Under the pieces are notes generated by a model that ran no database searches, was not told the origin of the DNA, and saw nothing but the letters and a program-made list of their open reading frames with translations. DNA of 64,000 nucleotides from NCBI GenBank assembly GCA_964016885.1, contig OZ024754.1, positions 14,818,001 through 14,882,000 on the forward strand. Direction: 5' to 3'. Both the position numbers and the translations under genes were made by a program. The stretch is from Eledone cirrhosa. Its lineage: Eukaryota. This document shows, piece by piece, positions 15,802-26,959 of the stretch (positions are counted from its first letter, which is position 1; every line of letters begins with the position of its first letter).

Positions 15802-16185
15802 AAGAATGAATAATAACAGGTAGACATCATAAAAGGGTAATTTATTCCGTGTGCTTACAAGTGTTTCCACGGTGGTACTGCAGCCTAGTTATGCTACGTG
15901 CAAATTCACAAGTACTTGCAGAACTCGAATATCCAATGCTGTGACCACTGTTTCCTCAGAGCAGAATGGTAAATGTACAATGTAAGCACACGGAATAAAT
16001 TACCTTTTTATGATGTCTACCTGTTATTATTCATTCTTTATATACACTCCGGAATATTGAAGGATCAGGAACTAAGTTTCTTGAACAATTCTTCCATAAC
16101 TCGTAGAGTAACCTCTTACCGTACGTCAACCATATCGAGTGTAGTAATTAACCATTACTACATCTTGGATAATCCTATACCTAAT
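15800..16185. mobile_element. Family H head-to-head insertion, HHR at 15852-15963 (-) with enlarged stem II
   Basis: ugcu-CUGAGGA-aacaguggu...accaccgug-GAAA-cacuug-UA-agca; inverted arms 15800-15859 and 15981-16040. Confidence 0.8.
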
Positions 16186-16208
16186 ATATATATATATATA
16201 TATATATA

Positions 16209-16400
16209 AAACAAAGGAATTGTGGTAAGGAACCAGATGGACCATAACTCACCAGAGTACTCAATACTTAGGGTAGTAGAGTGGGAAATAGGAAAAAGTA
16301 TGACCCCGACGGCAGAGCTCAAGCCGTTTCGACGGCTATTTCTGGACTAAATTAGAATTTTTAGCCTGGTGAATAAATACCCGAACTTTTGAAGGGGATA
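16209..16400 (-). mobile_element. Family E subfamily 3' fragment with HHR fold at 16303-16398 (core UUCAAAA)
   Basis: Homologous to 25673-25860. U3/A8 retained, G5 changed to C. Confidence 0.85.
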
Positions 16401-16424
16401 CTTCTTGTAGAAGCCATTTCTATA

Positions 16425-16470
<46 letters not shown>

Positions 16471-16472
<2 letters not shown>

Positions 16473-16645
16473 TATAGAAATGGCTTCTACAGGACTAGAA
16501 CTGTTTCATTCGGGAGAAATCACGAGAAAGCCGCTTCCTGATGATTTCTCCCGAATGAAACAGTTCTAGTCCTGTAGAAGACATTTCTATAAATATTTAT
16601 ACTCTGTTATGTATTGAGTACCTTACTTACTGTTGAACCCGAGAT

Positions 16646-16648
<3 letters not shown>
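16471..16648. mobile_element. Family D insertion, HHR at 16533-16580 (+)
   Basis: cuuc-CUGAUGA-u uuc uccc gaa u-GAAA-cag uucuaguc cug-UA-gaag. Relatives at 8667-8880, 21817-21980 and 46320-46460. Confidence 0.82.
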
Positions 16649-16718
<70 letters not shown>

Positions 16719-16988
16719 ACATCTTAAAAACTAGAAATTCTCGAACGCAGACGATAACTGTGAACACAGAACTTTAGGCACAAGGCCAGTAATTTGAAGG
16801 TGAGGGGAAATACGATTAAATCTACCCCCAGTACGTTACTGGTACTTTATTTTATCGACCCCGTAAGGACGAAATACAAAGCATGTTGTCCGACGCTCTA
16901 CCAAAACCCAGCCCTTTAGACAGAAAAATTGGTCAGTAGCCACTACAGAGAATCGCACGCTGTAGCCGCTGTTGGGCCACTTATTTCG

Positions 16989-17483
16989 TTTACCCTTTAG
17001 TGTTCAAACCGGCCAAAACCGACCTGAATTCTCTACCTCTTTCTGGCTGTAACTGGCTGTAACTGGCTGTAACTGGTCGCTCAAACTGATGTTACGGTAT
17101 TGTTCTCAAAATAAATACTTTTAAAATCTCATAGATTCGATATTATGAGATATTATGAGATATTATGAGATAATTATGTGAGGTAAAACCTTTACTATGA
17201 AAATATAATAGTATATATATAAAGTAGTGAAGGCGTGTGGCTGAGTGGTTAGAGAATTGGATTCGCAATCGTAAGGTTGTGAGTTCGATTCCTGGACCAG
17301 GCGATGCGTTATGTCCTTGAGCAAGACACTTTATTTCACGTTGCTCCTTCTACCTGGAGTTGCGACCGATAGATAGTATTAGCAATTGGAAAGACCGACG
17401 GAAACATTGTTCCCTCGGTCCGATTTGACGAAAGTCGATCGTTCCTTTCTATATATAAAGTAATGTGAATGCTAAAGGGTTAA
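16989..17483. mobile_element. piggyBac-type MITE interrupted by SINE S2
   Basis: Termini ccctttag / ctaaaggg-TTAA; homologous to 62220-62435. Confidence 0.78.
17227..17449 (+). mobile_element. tRNA-derived SINE family S2 with CORE/V-like central segment and 13-bp TSD
   Basis: A box TGGCTGAGTGG, B box GAGTTCGATTCC, tgtccttgagcaagacactt; TSD tatatataaagta at 17214-17226 and 17450-17462. Confidence 0.9.
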
Positions 17484-18079
17484 ACGGGCTTTTACTCGAT
17501 TTTCTAAGCCAGTGGTGGTAAGAAGTTCTCAGGAAAGCTGATTAGCAGAAAGAAGTTTTTCAGAGAAGGACCCTACCACCACCAGAAGCAAGATTTTCTA
17601 CAGTGGTGGTGTTAAAGAGTGGGCCTTTAACCCTAAAAGGGCTTTACTCGATTTTCTAAGCCAGTGGAGTGGTGGTAAAAAGTTCTCAGGAAAGCTGATT
17701 AGCAGAAAGAAGTTTTTCAGAGAAGGACCCCACCACCACCACCACAAGCAAGATTTTCTACAGTGGTGGTGGTGTTAAAGAGTGGGCCAGTGTGGTATAG
17801 CACACCTGCACAACCTTATCTAGCATGGCAGCAGAAATGGTTATGGTGGTGGTGGTGGTGGATTATAGTTGTAGTGGTGATAGTCGTGATGCCGATGATA
17901 ACGGATGGTGATTATGATTATGATGATGATGATGATAAAAAAGTTAAGCCTTTAAACACGTGTAGCTTCCTTTGCTTCTGTATGAGTTAGGGGGGGGGGG
18001 GAGTAATTATAGAGAGGTAGAGAAGTAAGGTCGAAATCAGGCGAACCGGATTAAATAAGGGAATATACGTAGCTGTATG

Positions 18080-19860
18080 ATGTATGTATGTATGTGTGTA
18101 TATATGTCTGTGTATGTATGTATGTATGTATGTATGTATGTATGTATGTATGCGTATATCTCTGTGTATATATGTATGTATGTGTGTATATATGTCTGTG
18201 TATGTATGTATGTATGTATGTATATATGTATGTATGTATGCATATATCTCTGTGTATATATGTATGTATGTGTGTATATATGTCTGTGTATGTATGTATG
18301 TATGTATGTATGCGTATATCTCTGTGTATATATGTATGTATGTGTGTATATATGTCTGTGTATGTATGTATGTATGTATGCGTATATCTCTGTGTATATA
18401 TGTATGTATGTGTGTATATATGTCTGTGTATGTATGTATGTATGTATGTATGTATGTATGTATGCATATATCTCTGTGTATATATGTATGTATGTGTGTA
18501 TATATGTCTGTGTATGTATGTATGTATGTATGTATGTATGTATGTATGTATGTATGCGTATATCTCTGTGTATATATGTATGTATGTGTGTATATATGTC
18601 TGCGTATGTATGTATGTATGTATGTATGTATGTATGTATGTATGTATGTATGTATGTATGTATGCGTATATCTCTGTGTATATATGTATGTATTTGTGTA
18701 TATATATGTCTGTGTATGTATGTATGTATGCGTATATCTCTGTATATATATGTCTGTGTATGTATGCGTATATAAGTATGTGTGTATATATGTCTGTGTA
18801 TGTATGTATGCGTATATCTCTGTGTATATATATATGTATGTGTGTATATATGTCTGTGTATGTATGCGTATATCTCTGTGTATATATGTATATATGTGTG
18901 TATATATGTCTGTGTATGTATGCGTATATCTCTGTGTATATATGTATGTGTGTATATATCTCTGTGTATATATGTATGTATGTGTGTATATATGTCTGTG
19001 TATGTATGTATGTATGCGTATATCTCTGTGTATATATGTATGTATGTGTGTATGTATGTATGCGTATATCTCTGTGTATATATGTATGTATGTGTGTATA
19101 TATGTCTGTGTATGTATGCGTATATCTCTGTGTATATATGTATGTATGTGTGTATATATGTCTGTGTATGTATGCGTATATCTCTGTGTATATATGTATG
19201 TATGTGTGTATATATGTCTGTGTATGTATGTATGCGTATATCTCTGTGTACATATGTATGTGTGTATATAAGTCTGTGTATGTATGTATGTGTGAGTCTA
19301 TATATGTCTGTATGTATATATGTATGTTTGTATGTATATATGTGTGAGTGTATATATGTCTGTATGTATATATGTATGTATGTGTGAGTGTATATATATA
19401 TGTATGTATGAATGTCTGTGTATGTATGTGTGAGTGTATGTATGTCTGTATGTATATGTATATATGTGTGTATATATGTCTGTATGTATATATGTATGTG
19501 TGTATATATGTCTGTATGTATATATGTATGTATGTATGTGTATATATGTCTGTATGTATATATGTATGTATGTGTGTGAGTGTATGTATGTATGTATATA
19601 TATGAGTATATCTATATACGTATGTGTATGTATGTATGTGTGTGTATGTGTGTACATGTGTATGTACGTATATATGTATGTGTATATGAGTGTGTGTGTG
19701 TGTGTATGTGTGTATATACGTATGTATGTATGTGTATATATGTATCTATCCATCTATATTTGTATGCATTTATATGTGTGTGTGCGTGTATGCATATATG
19801 TATGTATATATATATATATGTATGTATGTATATATATGTGTATATGTTTATATATGTTTA
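18080..19860. repeat. Compound (TATG)n-derived minisatellite
   Basis: Recurring gcgtatatctctgtgtatatatgtatg units. Confidence 0.93.
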
Positions 19861-19884
19861 TCTTTCTCTTAATTTCGAGTATAT

Positions 19885-20300
19885 TTTTTTGACCGGCCAC
19901 CTTCCTGGTGGCAAGGTTGTAAAAGAATGAAATTGTCATCCCTTGAATCGCAAGAATGTTTTGCAAATTTTGAAGGTGCCAGCTATCGCAGCCATTTGTA
20001 GACTATGAATTAGGGAGCTGCGCTTTTTGTCCACAAATCGAAGTTCAGTCATACTTTGGTCCAAGCGGGTTGGTATATAACCCGTAGCACCAATAATGAT
20101 GGGTATGAAGCTAAAGGTGTATCTTGGATACTGGATTTGTAAACTCCTCATCAATTGTCCGTAGATGTCCTCCTTCTCCTGTATTTTTCTGACAACGTTT
20201 ACATCAAGTGGGCAGCTGATCTCCACAACAGAACACGTTTTCAATGTGTGGTCCCAAACTACAATATCAGGCCGGTTGTGCTTTAATTTGGTGGCAGTTT
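19885..20300 (-). mobile_element. 3' fragment of an RLE-type non-LTR retrotransposon (R4/Dong-like)
   Basis: HNRPDIVVWD..VVEISCP..EKEDIY..IPIIIGATG is a restriction-like endonuclease domain, followed by a stop and short A-rich end. Confidence 0.82.
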
Positions 20301-21109
20301 TTATATAGGTATATATGTATGTATGCATTTATATATGTATATATTTATATATGTATGCATTTATATATGTATATATTTATATATGTATATATTTATATAT
20401 GTATATATTTATATATGTATATATGCATGACTATCAGTATTACGTATGCGTATGTAATAGTTGTGGTGGTGGCGGCGGTGGCAGTAATATGTGGTGGTGG
20501 TGGTGGTAGCGGTGGTGGTGGTGGTAGCGGTGGTGGTGGTGGTGGTGGCGGCGGTGGTGGTGGCGACGGCGGTGGCAGTAATATGTGGTGGTGGTGGTGG
20601 TGGTGGCGGCGGTGGCAGTAATATGTTGTGGTGGCGGTGGTGGCGGTGGCAGTAATATGCTGTGGTGGTGGTGGCGGCGGTGGCAGTAATATGTGGTGGT
20701 GGTGGTGGTGGTGGTAGCGGTGGTGGTGGTGGTGGTAGCGGTGGTGGCAGTAATATGTGGTGGTGGTGGTGGTAGCGGTGGTGGCAGTAATATGTGGTGG
20801 TGGTGGAGGTGGCGGCGGTGACAGTAATATGTTGTGGTGGAGGTGGCGGCGGTGACAGTAATATGTTGTGGTGGAGGTGGCGGCGGTGACAGTAATATGC
20901 GGTGGTGGCGGTGTATGATAGCTCCTCGACCCGAAGAAACTTTACAACGGCTGTTTCACAACTGTTCAACAGATGTAGCCCCTGAAATGATCTGTAAACT
21001 GCTACGGACCCTAAACTAGCAGCTTTCTTAAAGGGCTCTACTCTCTACCTACGGCATAATCACTCTTTCTAGATAGATGTTTGCAGTGATTCTTATATAA
21101 TATATACAT

Positions 21110-21196
<87 letters not shown>

Positions 21197-21235
21197 CATT
21201 CACACACACATATATATATACATATACATTCACAA

Positions 21236-21328
<93 letters not shown>

Positions 21329-21343
21329 CATATATATTCACAA

Positions 21344-21453
<110 letters not shown>

Positions 21454-21492
21454 TCACACACACACAAACACACACACATATATATATACATT

Positions 21493-21621
<129 letters not shown>

Positions 21622-21646
21622 TCACACACACACACACACACACATA

Positions 21647-21686
<40 letters not shown>

Positions 21687-21754
21687 GGTGTATGCATGTA
21701 TAACACATGTATATATTATATATATACATGTGTTATACATGTATATATAACTTA

Positions 21755-21806
<52 letters not shown>

Positions 21807-21816
21807 TATATATAAG

Positions 21817-21975
21817 TTATTCCGGGTTGAATCGGAGGTAACCACAGTAAGTAAGGTACTCAATACATAGCAGAGTATAAAAGTTTTAATATAGATGAGA
21901 TTCTACAGGACTAGAACTGTTTTATTCTTTAGAATGATGATTTCTAAAGAATGAAACAGTTCTAGTCCTGTAGAA

Positions 21976-21980
<5 letters not shown>
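21817..21980. mobile_element. Family D head-to-head insertion
   Basis: Tail on -, truncated arm on + ending aatctcat(AT)n. Confidence 0.82.
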
Positions 21981-22029
<49 letters not shown>

Positions 22030-22035
22030 TTCTAC

Positions 22036-22185
22036 ACGAAGGAAATGTGGTAAGGAACCAGATTGACCATAACGCACCAAAGTACTCAATACTTAGGGTA
22101 GTAGAGTGGGTAATAGGAACGAGTAGGACCCCGACGGCAGAGCTCAAGCCGTTTCGGCGGCTAATTCTGGGGTCCTACTCGTTCC

Positions 22186-22188
<3 letters not shown>
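22036..22188. mobile_element. Family E 3' fragment with short inverted arm
   Basis: Homologous to 25673-25810, plus inverted ggggtcctactcgttcctat; lies within (TA)n. Confidence 0.85.
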
Positions 22189-22270
<82 letters not shown>

Positions 22271-22282
22271 AATATATATATT

Positions 22283-22358
<76 letters not shown>

Positions 22359-22438
22359 AATATATAATATTTATATAATATATATATATATATATATATA
22401 TTATATAAATATATATATTTTATAATATATATATATAT

Positions 22439-22529
<91 letters not shown>

Positions 22530-23077
22530 CATATATATTTAAATACATATATGTTAGAATTATACGATTGTATATTTATCAGTTTAACAATCTCTCCTTC
22601 TGCTTCTCTCTTGTTCCCCCCCTCTCTCTCCCACTCTCTCTCCCCTCTCATTCTTTCATTCTCTTTCTCAATCTCAGTCTTCTTTTCCCTAACACTCTTT
22701 GTTTGCATACAACCACACATACACGTACACACACACACACACACACACACCCATGTGCACATATACATTAAGAACGTATATATATATATATGTATGCATG
22801 TATGTATGTATGTATATATGTATGTATGTATGTATATATGTATGTATGTATGTATATATGTATGTATATATGTATGTATGCATGTGTTATATATATATAT
22901 ATGTGTGGTAAATATGTATTACATAATTAAGCTGCTATTAACTGCTCTCATTTCTTAAATATGTTAAACTCTTATCTGTTATACTTGTACGTATATATTT
23001 ACACACACGTGTGTGTGTGTGTGTGGGCACGCGTGTGTGTGTGTATGTGTGTGTGTGTGTGTAAGCCTATTTCTTTC

Positions 23078-23102
23078 TATCTGTTACGTGTGGTTCGCTG
23101 AC

Positions 23103-23136
<34 letters not shown>

Positions 23137-23164
23137 TATCTGTTGCGGGTGGTTCGCTGACACT

Positions 23165-23207
<43 letters not shown>

Positions 23208-23289
23208 TATCTGTTGCGGGTGGTTCGCTGACACTATGTGTGTGTGTGTGTGTGTGTGTGTGTCTGTCTGTTGCGGGTGGTTCGCTGAC

Positions 23290-23323
<34 letters not shown>

Positions 23324-23399
23324 TATCTGTTGCGGGTGGTTCGCTGACACTATGTGTGTGTGTGTGTGTGTGTCTGTCTGTTGCGGGTGGTTCGCTGAC

Positions 23400-23447
<48 letters not shown>

Positions 23448-23473
23448 TGTCTGTTGCGGGTGGTTCGCTGACA

Positions 23474-23508
<35 letters not shown>

Positions 23509-23537
23509 TGTCTGTTGCGGGTGGTTCGCTGACACTA

Positions 23538-23570
<33 letters not shown>

Positions 23571-23605
23571 CTGTCTGTTGCGGGTGGTTCGCTGACACTG
23601 TGTGT
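23078..23605. repeat. Minisatellite ctgttgcgggtggttcgctgacact(gt)n, 9 units
   Basis: Constant core with variable-length GT tract. Confidence 0.93.
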
Positions 23606-23802
23606 GAGTTCATATCTATATGTGAGGAGCAGTGTGGGTTGCTTCTGGTAAGCTATGTAACTGTTGCACACATGCAGGGTTGCACACTAAGTTAATAATT
23701 GCGAATTATCTACTGCAGATTGCATGATAAACCTACTGGTATACATCTACCGTTTTTTAGGCACGCTGCTCACATCATGCACATTCTTTTATAGGAATAC
23801 GG

Positions 23803-23852
<50 letters not shown>

Positions 23853-23858
<6 letters not shown>

Positions 23859-24540
23859 AAGTTAAATAAAAGTCAAATGATTAAAATTTAGCTTCGTTTA
23901 TTACTGCTATATATATTTCAGTGACAGCCATCTTTGGCTGTGACCTCTTCAGGCAGTCCGAATTAGTATGGTATAGACAAGTACATATGTTGTTGAGGTG
24001 TATAATATTGTCAATACTCTGATATGCCCAGTTCCTGGTTGGGTTGTTATTTCACTGAGGAACTGGAATCATATGATTCCAGTTCCTCAGAGAAATAACA
24101 ACCCAACCAGGAACTGGGCATATGATTCCAGTTCCTCAGAGAAATAACAACCCAACCAGGAACTGGGCATATGATTCCAGTTCCTCAGTGAAATAACAAC
24201 CCAACCAGGAACTGGGCATATGATTCCAGTTCCTCAGTGAAATAACAACCCAACCAGGAACTGGGCATATCAGAGTATTGACAATATTATACACCTCAAC
24301 AACATATGTACTTGTCTATACCATACTAATTCAAACTGCCTGAAGAGGTCACAGCCAAAGATGGCTGTCACTGAAATATATATAGCAGTAATAAACGAAG
24401 CTAAATTTTAATCATTTGACTTTTATTTAACTTTATTTTACACTACTCCGGAGTAACCAAACCAACCTGCGCACTTCGTCGAGTGCTCCAGCCTGCATAC
24501 TGAGGTGTTGGTATACAACCAACATAAACTCAAAATCTCT
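23853..24540. mobile_element. Family C' head-to-head insertion, HHRs at 23903-23957 (-) and 24335-24389 (+), four 49-bp repeats at the junction
   Basis: acugc-CUGAAGA-ggucacagcca aaga uggcugucacu-GAAA-uauaua-UA-gcagu; ~220-bp inverted arms. Confidence 0.9.
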
Positions 24541-24879
24541 CTCTCTATATATATATATATATATAATTCAAGAAAGAAGATTGACATGGTTCGCTATACA
24601 ATAAGGGCTTTATTCAAATTGCTGACAATTGTTTCTTTGATCTGGCAGGTCTAGAGTTCGCTTTACGCCTGATTTTACGCCAATCGATCTCCAATACTTT
24701 GTTTATAACCAGTCTGTTTCATCGGAGCGGGTGAAATGAAGAAAATACATAAGGCATGGTTTTTATATAAGTGTGGTATTAAACCAGCCACTAAGCCACA
24801 CGTTAATACTATCCACTACAAGAACTACTCCAGCTGGACTACATCTAAGTGGACTGCCATAACGATAACCTGTTATCCC

Positions 24880-24910
<31 letters not shown>

Positions 24911-24918
<8 letters not shown>

Positions 24919-25174
24919 CAAAAGATGGTTAAAAGAGTTCCATGTATTTTATTATGCGCATTTCAAAAACAAATATCATCATGCAATAACATTTGTGTTT
25001 TCATCAGATAAAATAGGAAGACATGATATGAAGGTTAAAAACACTTGTGGATAGTGCAGTTTTAAATCAACATAATCTTACATATTATGTATACTCAAGT
25101 CCTACAAACTGTAGAGTGCTTCTTATCCGATATCTGCATTGCTTTATTGTACTACAATAAAACTCACCTCCTAC

Positions 25175-25177
<3 letters not shown>
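24911..25177. mobile_element. Family B insertion, HHR at 24945-25015 (-)
   Basis: Homologous to 3238-3572. Confidence 0.86.
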
Positions 25178-25252
<75 letters not shown>

Positions 25253-25403
25253 GTAATAATAATAAATTTGAAGACTAAAATACAAAGAGGGCTCGATAAG
25301 GAAAAATATATATCAAATATATAAGAACTCTAGAAGATCCCGTTAAGGGTGAAAGCAGCGATTCATTACTTAAACTTTAATCTGTTATTTTAATATATAT
25401 ATT

Positions 25404-25436
<33 letters not shown>

Positions 25437-25621
25437 TATATATATAGTGACGAAACATAAGTCAATTGCATGAACTCATAATCCTTTATTTACTGCTATA
25501 TATATTTCGATGATAGCCATTGAATGGCTATGACCTCATCAAGCAGTTAGTCAGTTCTTAGATATGCCAGCTCTGTGTTTATGGTGTTGATGCTTTTAGA
25601 GCCTTGGGACATAATCTGTTA

Positions 25622-25674
<53 letters not shown>

Positions 25675-25765
25675 CGAAGGAAATGTGGTAAGGAACCAGG
25701 TGGACCATAACGCACCAAAGTACTCAATACTTGAGGTAGTAGAGTGGGTAATAGGAACCAGTAAG

Positions 25766-25859
25766 ACCCCGACAGCTGAGCTCAAGCCGTTTCGACGGCT
25801 AATTCTGGACTAAATGAAAATTTATCCTGGTATTTAAATAGCCGATCTTCTCAAGGGGT
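25766..25859 (-). ncRNA. Type I hammerhead ribozyme with U3-A8 variant core (family E)
   Basis: Minus strand reads acccc-UUGAGAA-ga(u)cggcua...uagccguc-GAAA-cggcu ugagcuc agcug-UC-ggggu. All three stems close; GUC cleavage triplet. Confidence 0.78.
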
Positions 25860-26959
25860 AATTCCATATATGGTCAAAGTGATTGTCAAAAATCAGTAGT
25901 AATTCTGTGGTTGCAAATTAGTAGGGGAGATGGTGGCTAAACCTGCCAGTAGGAGAAAGAGGGGAGGGGTGGAGTAGCCCCAATCAAGCGTTTGTAGTGC
26001 CAGCTACAGCTGGGCATGAGGTCAAAGAAGATACAGGGAAGGGGGAGGGGGAGGAAGTCGGAACGGTAGGTAGAACAATGGGGGGTAGAAATATATAGGA
26101 AAGAAAAAATACGTGTAAAGAAAAACAAATGAGTGTAAAGAAAAAAGTAAAGTAAATTAAATTCTACGACCTAGGTCTCAGGCTATTGTTAGGCTAGAAT
26201 AAATAAATAAATAAAGAAAGAAAGAAGTAAAGAAAGAAATAACGAAATAAGTAAAGGAACTAGGTGGGACGGATAAGGCGATGACCCTTTTAAGAGGTAC
26301 GTAAATGATACGGTGACGGGTCAACAAAAGGGGCCAAAATACTAAAGAGACTACCACGAAATAAACAATAAAGGTTTCCATCCCGGGCACAATTCCAGCA
26401 ACCACCCAGTGCCGCAAAGTGAACTAATACGAGATAATAATTCTGAGTCCCGGGAAAAATATATACTAATGCTAACTCTAAAGATCTAAAACAAGCTACA
26501 TGAAAGTTCGTACGAAGTAAAGGTAGAATACGGAAGAATAAATTCAGAATCCACCCCGCCCAAAAGAAAAGCGAAGAAAGAAATACTGAAACGAAAAAAT
26601 AAGGCATAAGTGCCACTAAGAAATATAGAGGGCACAGAGAATGGTGGGAGCGGTCGGAAAAAGGGGACAAGTATCCGGGGTCTAAACCAACTGCTATAAA
26701 GGGCGGAGTCCGCCAAATCTATCCTATACTAGGGGAGGGGGTGGGGGTACTAAGGCTACAAGGGGCCAAAGGGCAGCCTCGGGTGGGCGAGAAAAGACGC
26801 CGACAAAGGAGAAGAGCTGGGGTAGAAGGACTAAGGAGAGAGGGGGGAAGGAAGGAAATAAAGGAAGCGATAAAAGAATACAAAGAAGATCTTACGTCTC
26901 CCTTGGCAAGCAGGGGTTACCCATTGCAAAATCGGCAAGTGGGGTGTTATAGCCCTAGT

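Noticed and set aside
17227-17305. Possible tRNA gene
   Set aside because: A/B boxes are followed by a SINE body, the unit is repeated three times and has a TSD; no complete cloverleaf.
23078-23605. CRISPR-like repeat-spacer appearance
   Set aside because: The spacers are only (GT)n of variable length; eukaryotic context and no cas genes.
26694-26712. TATAAA plus GC box on + in the PLE 3' UTR (antisense promoter?)
   Set aside because: Short motifs expected by chance; no other support.
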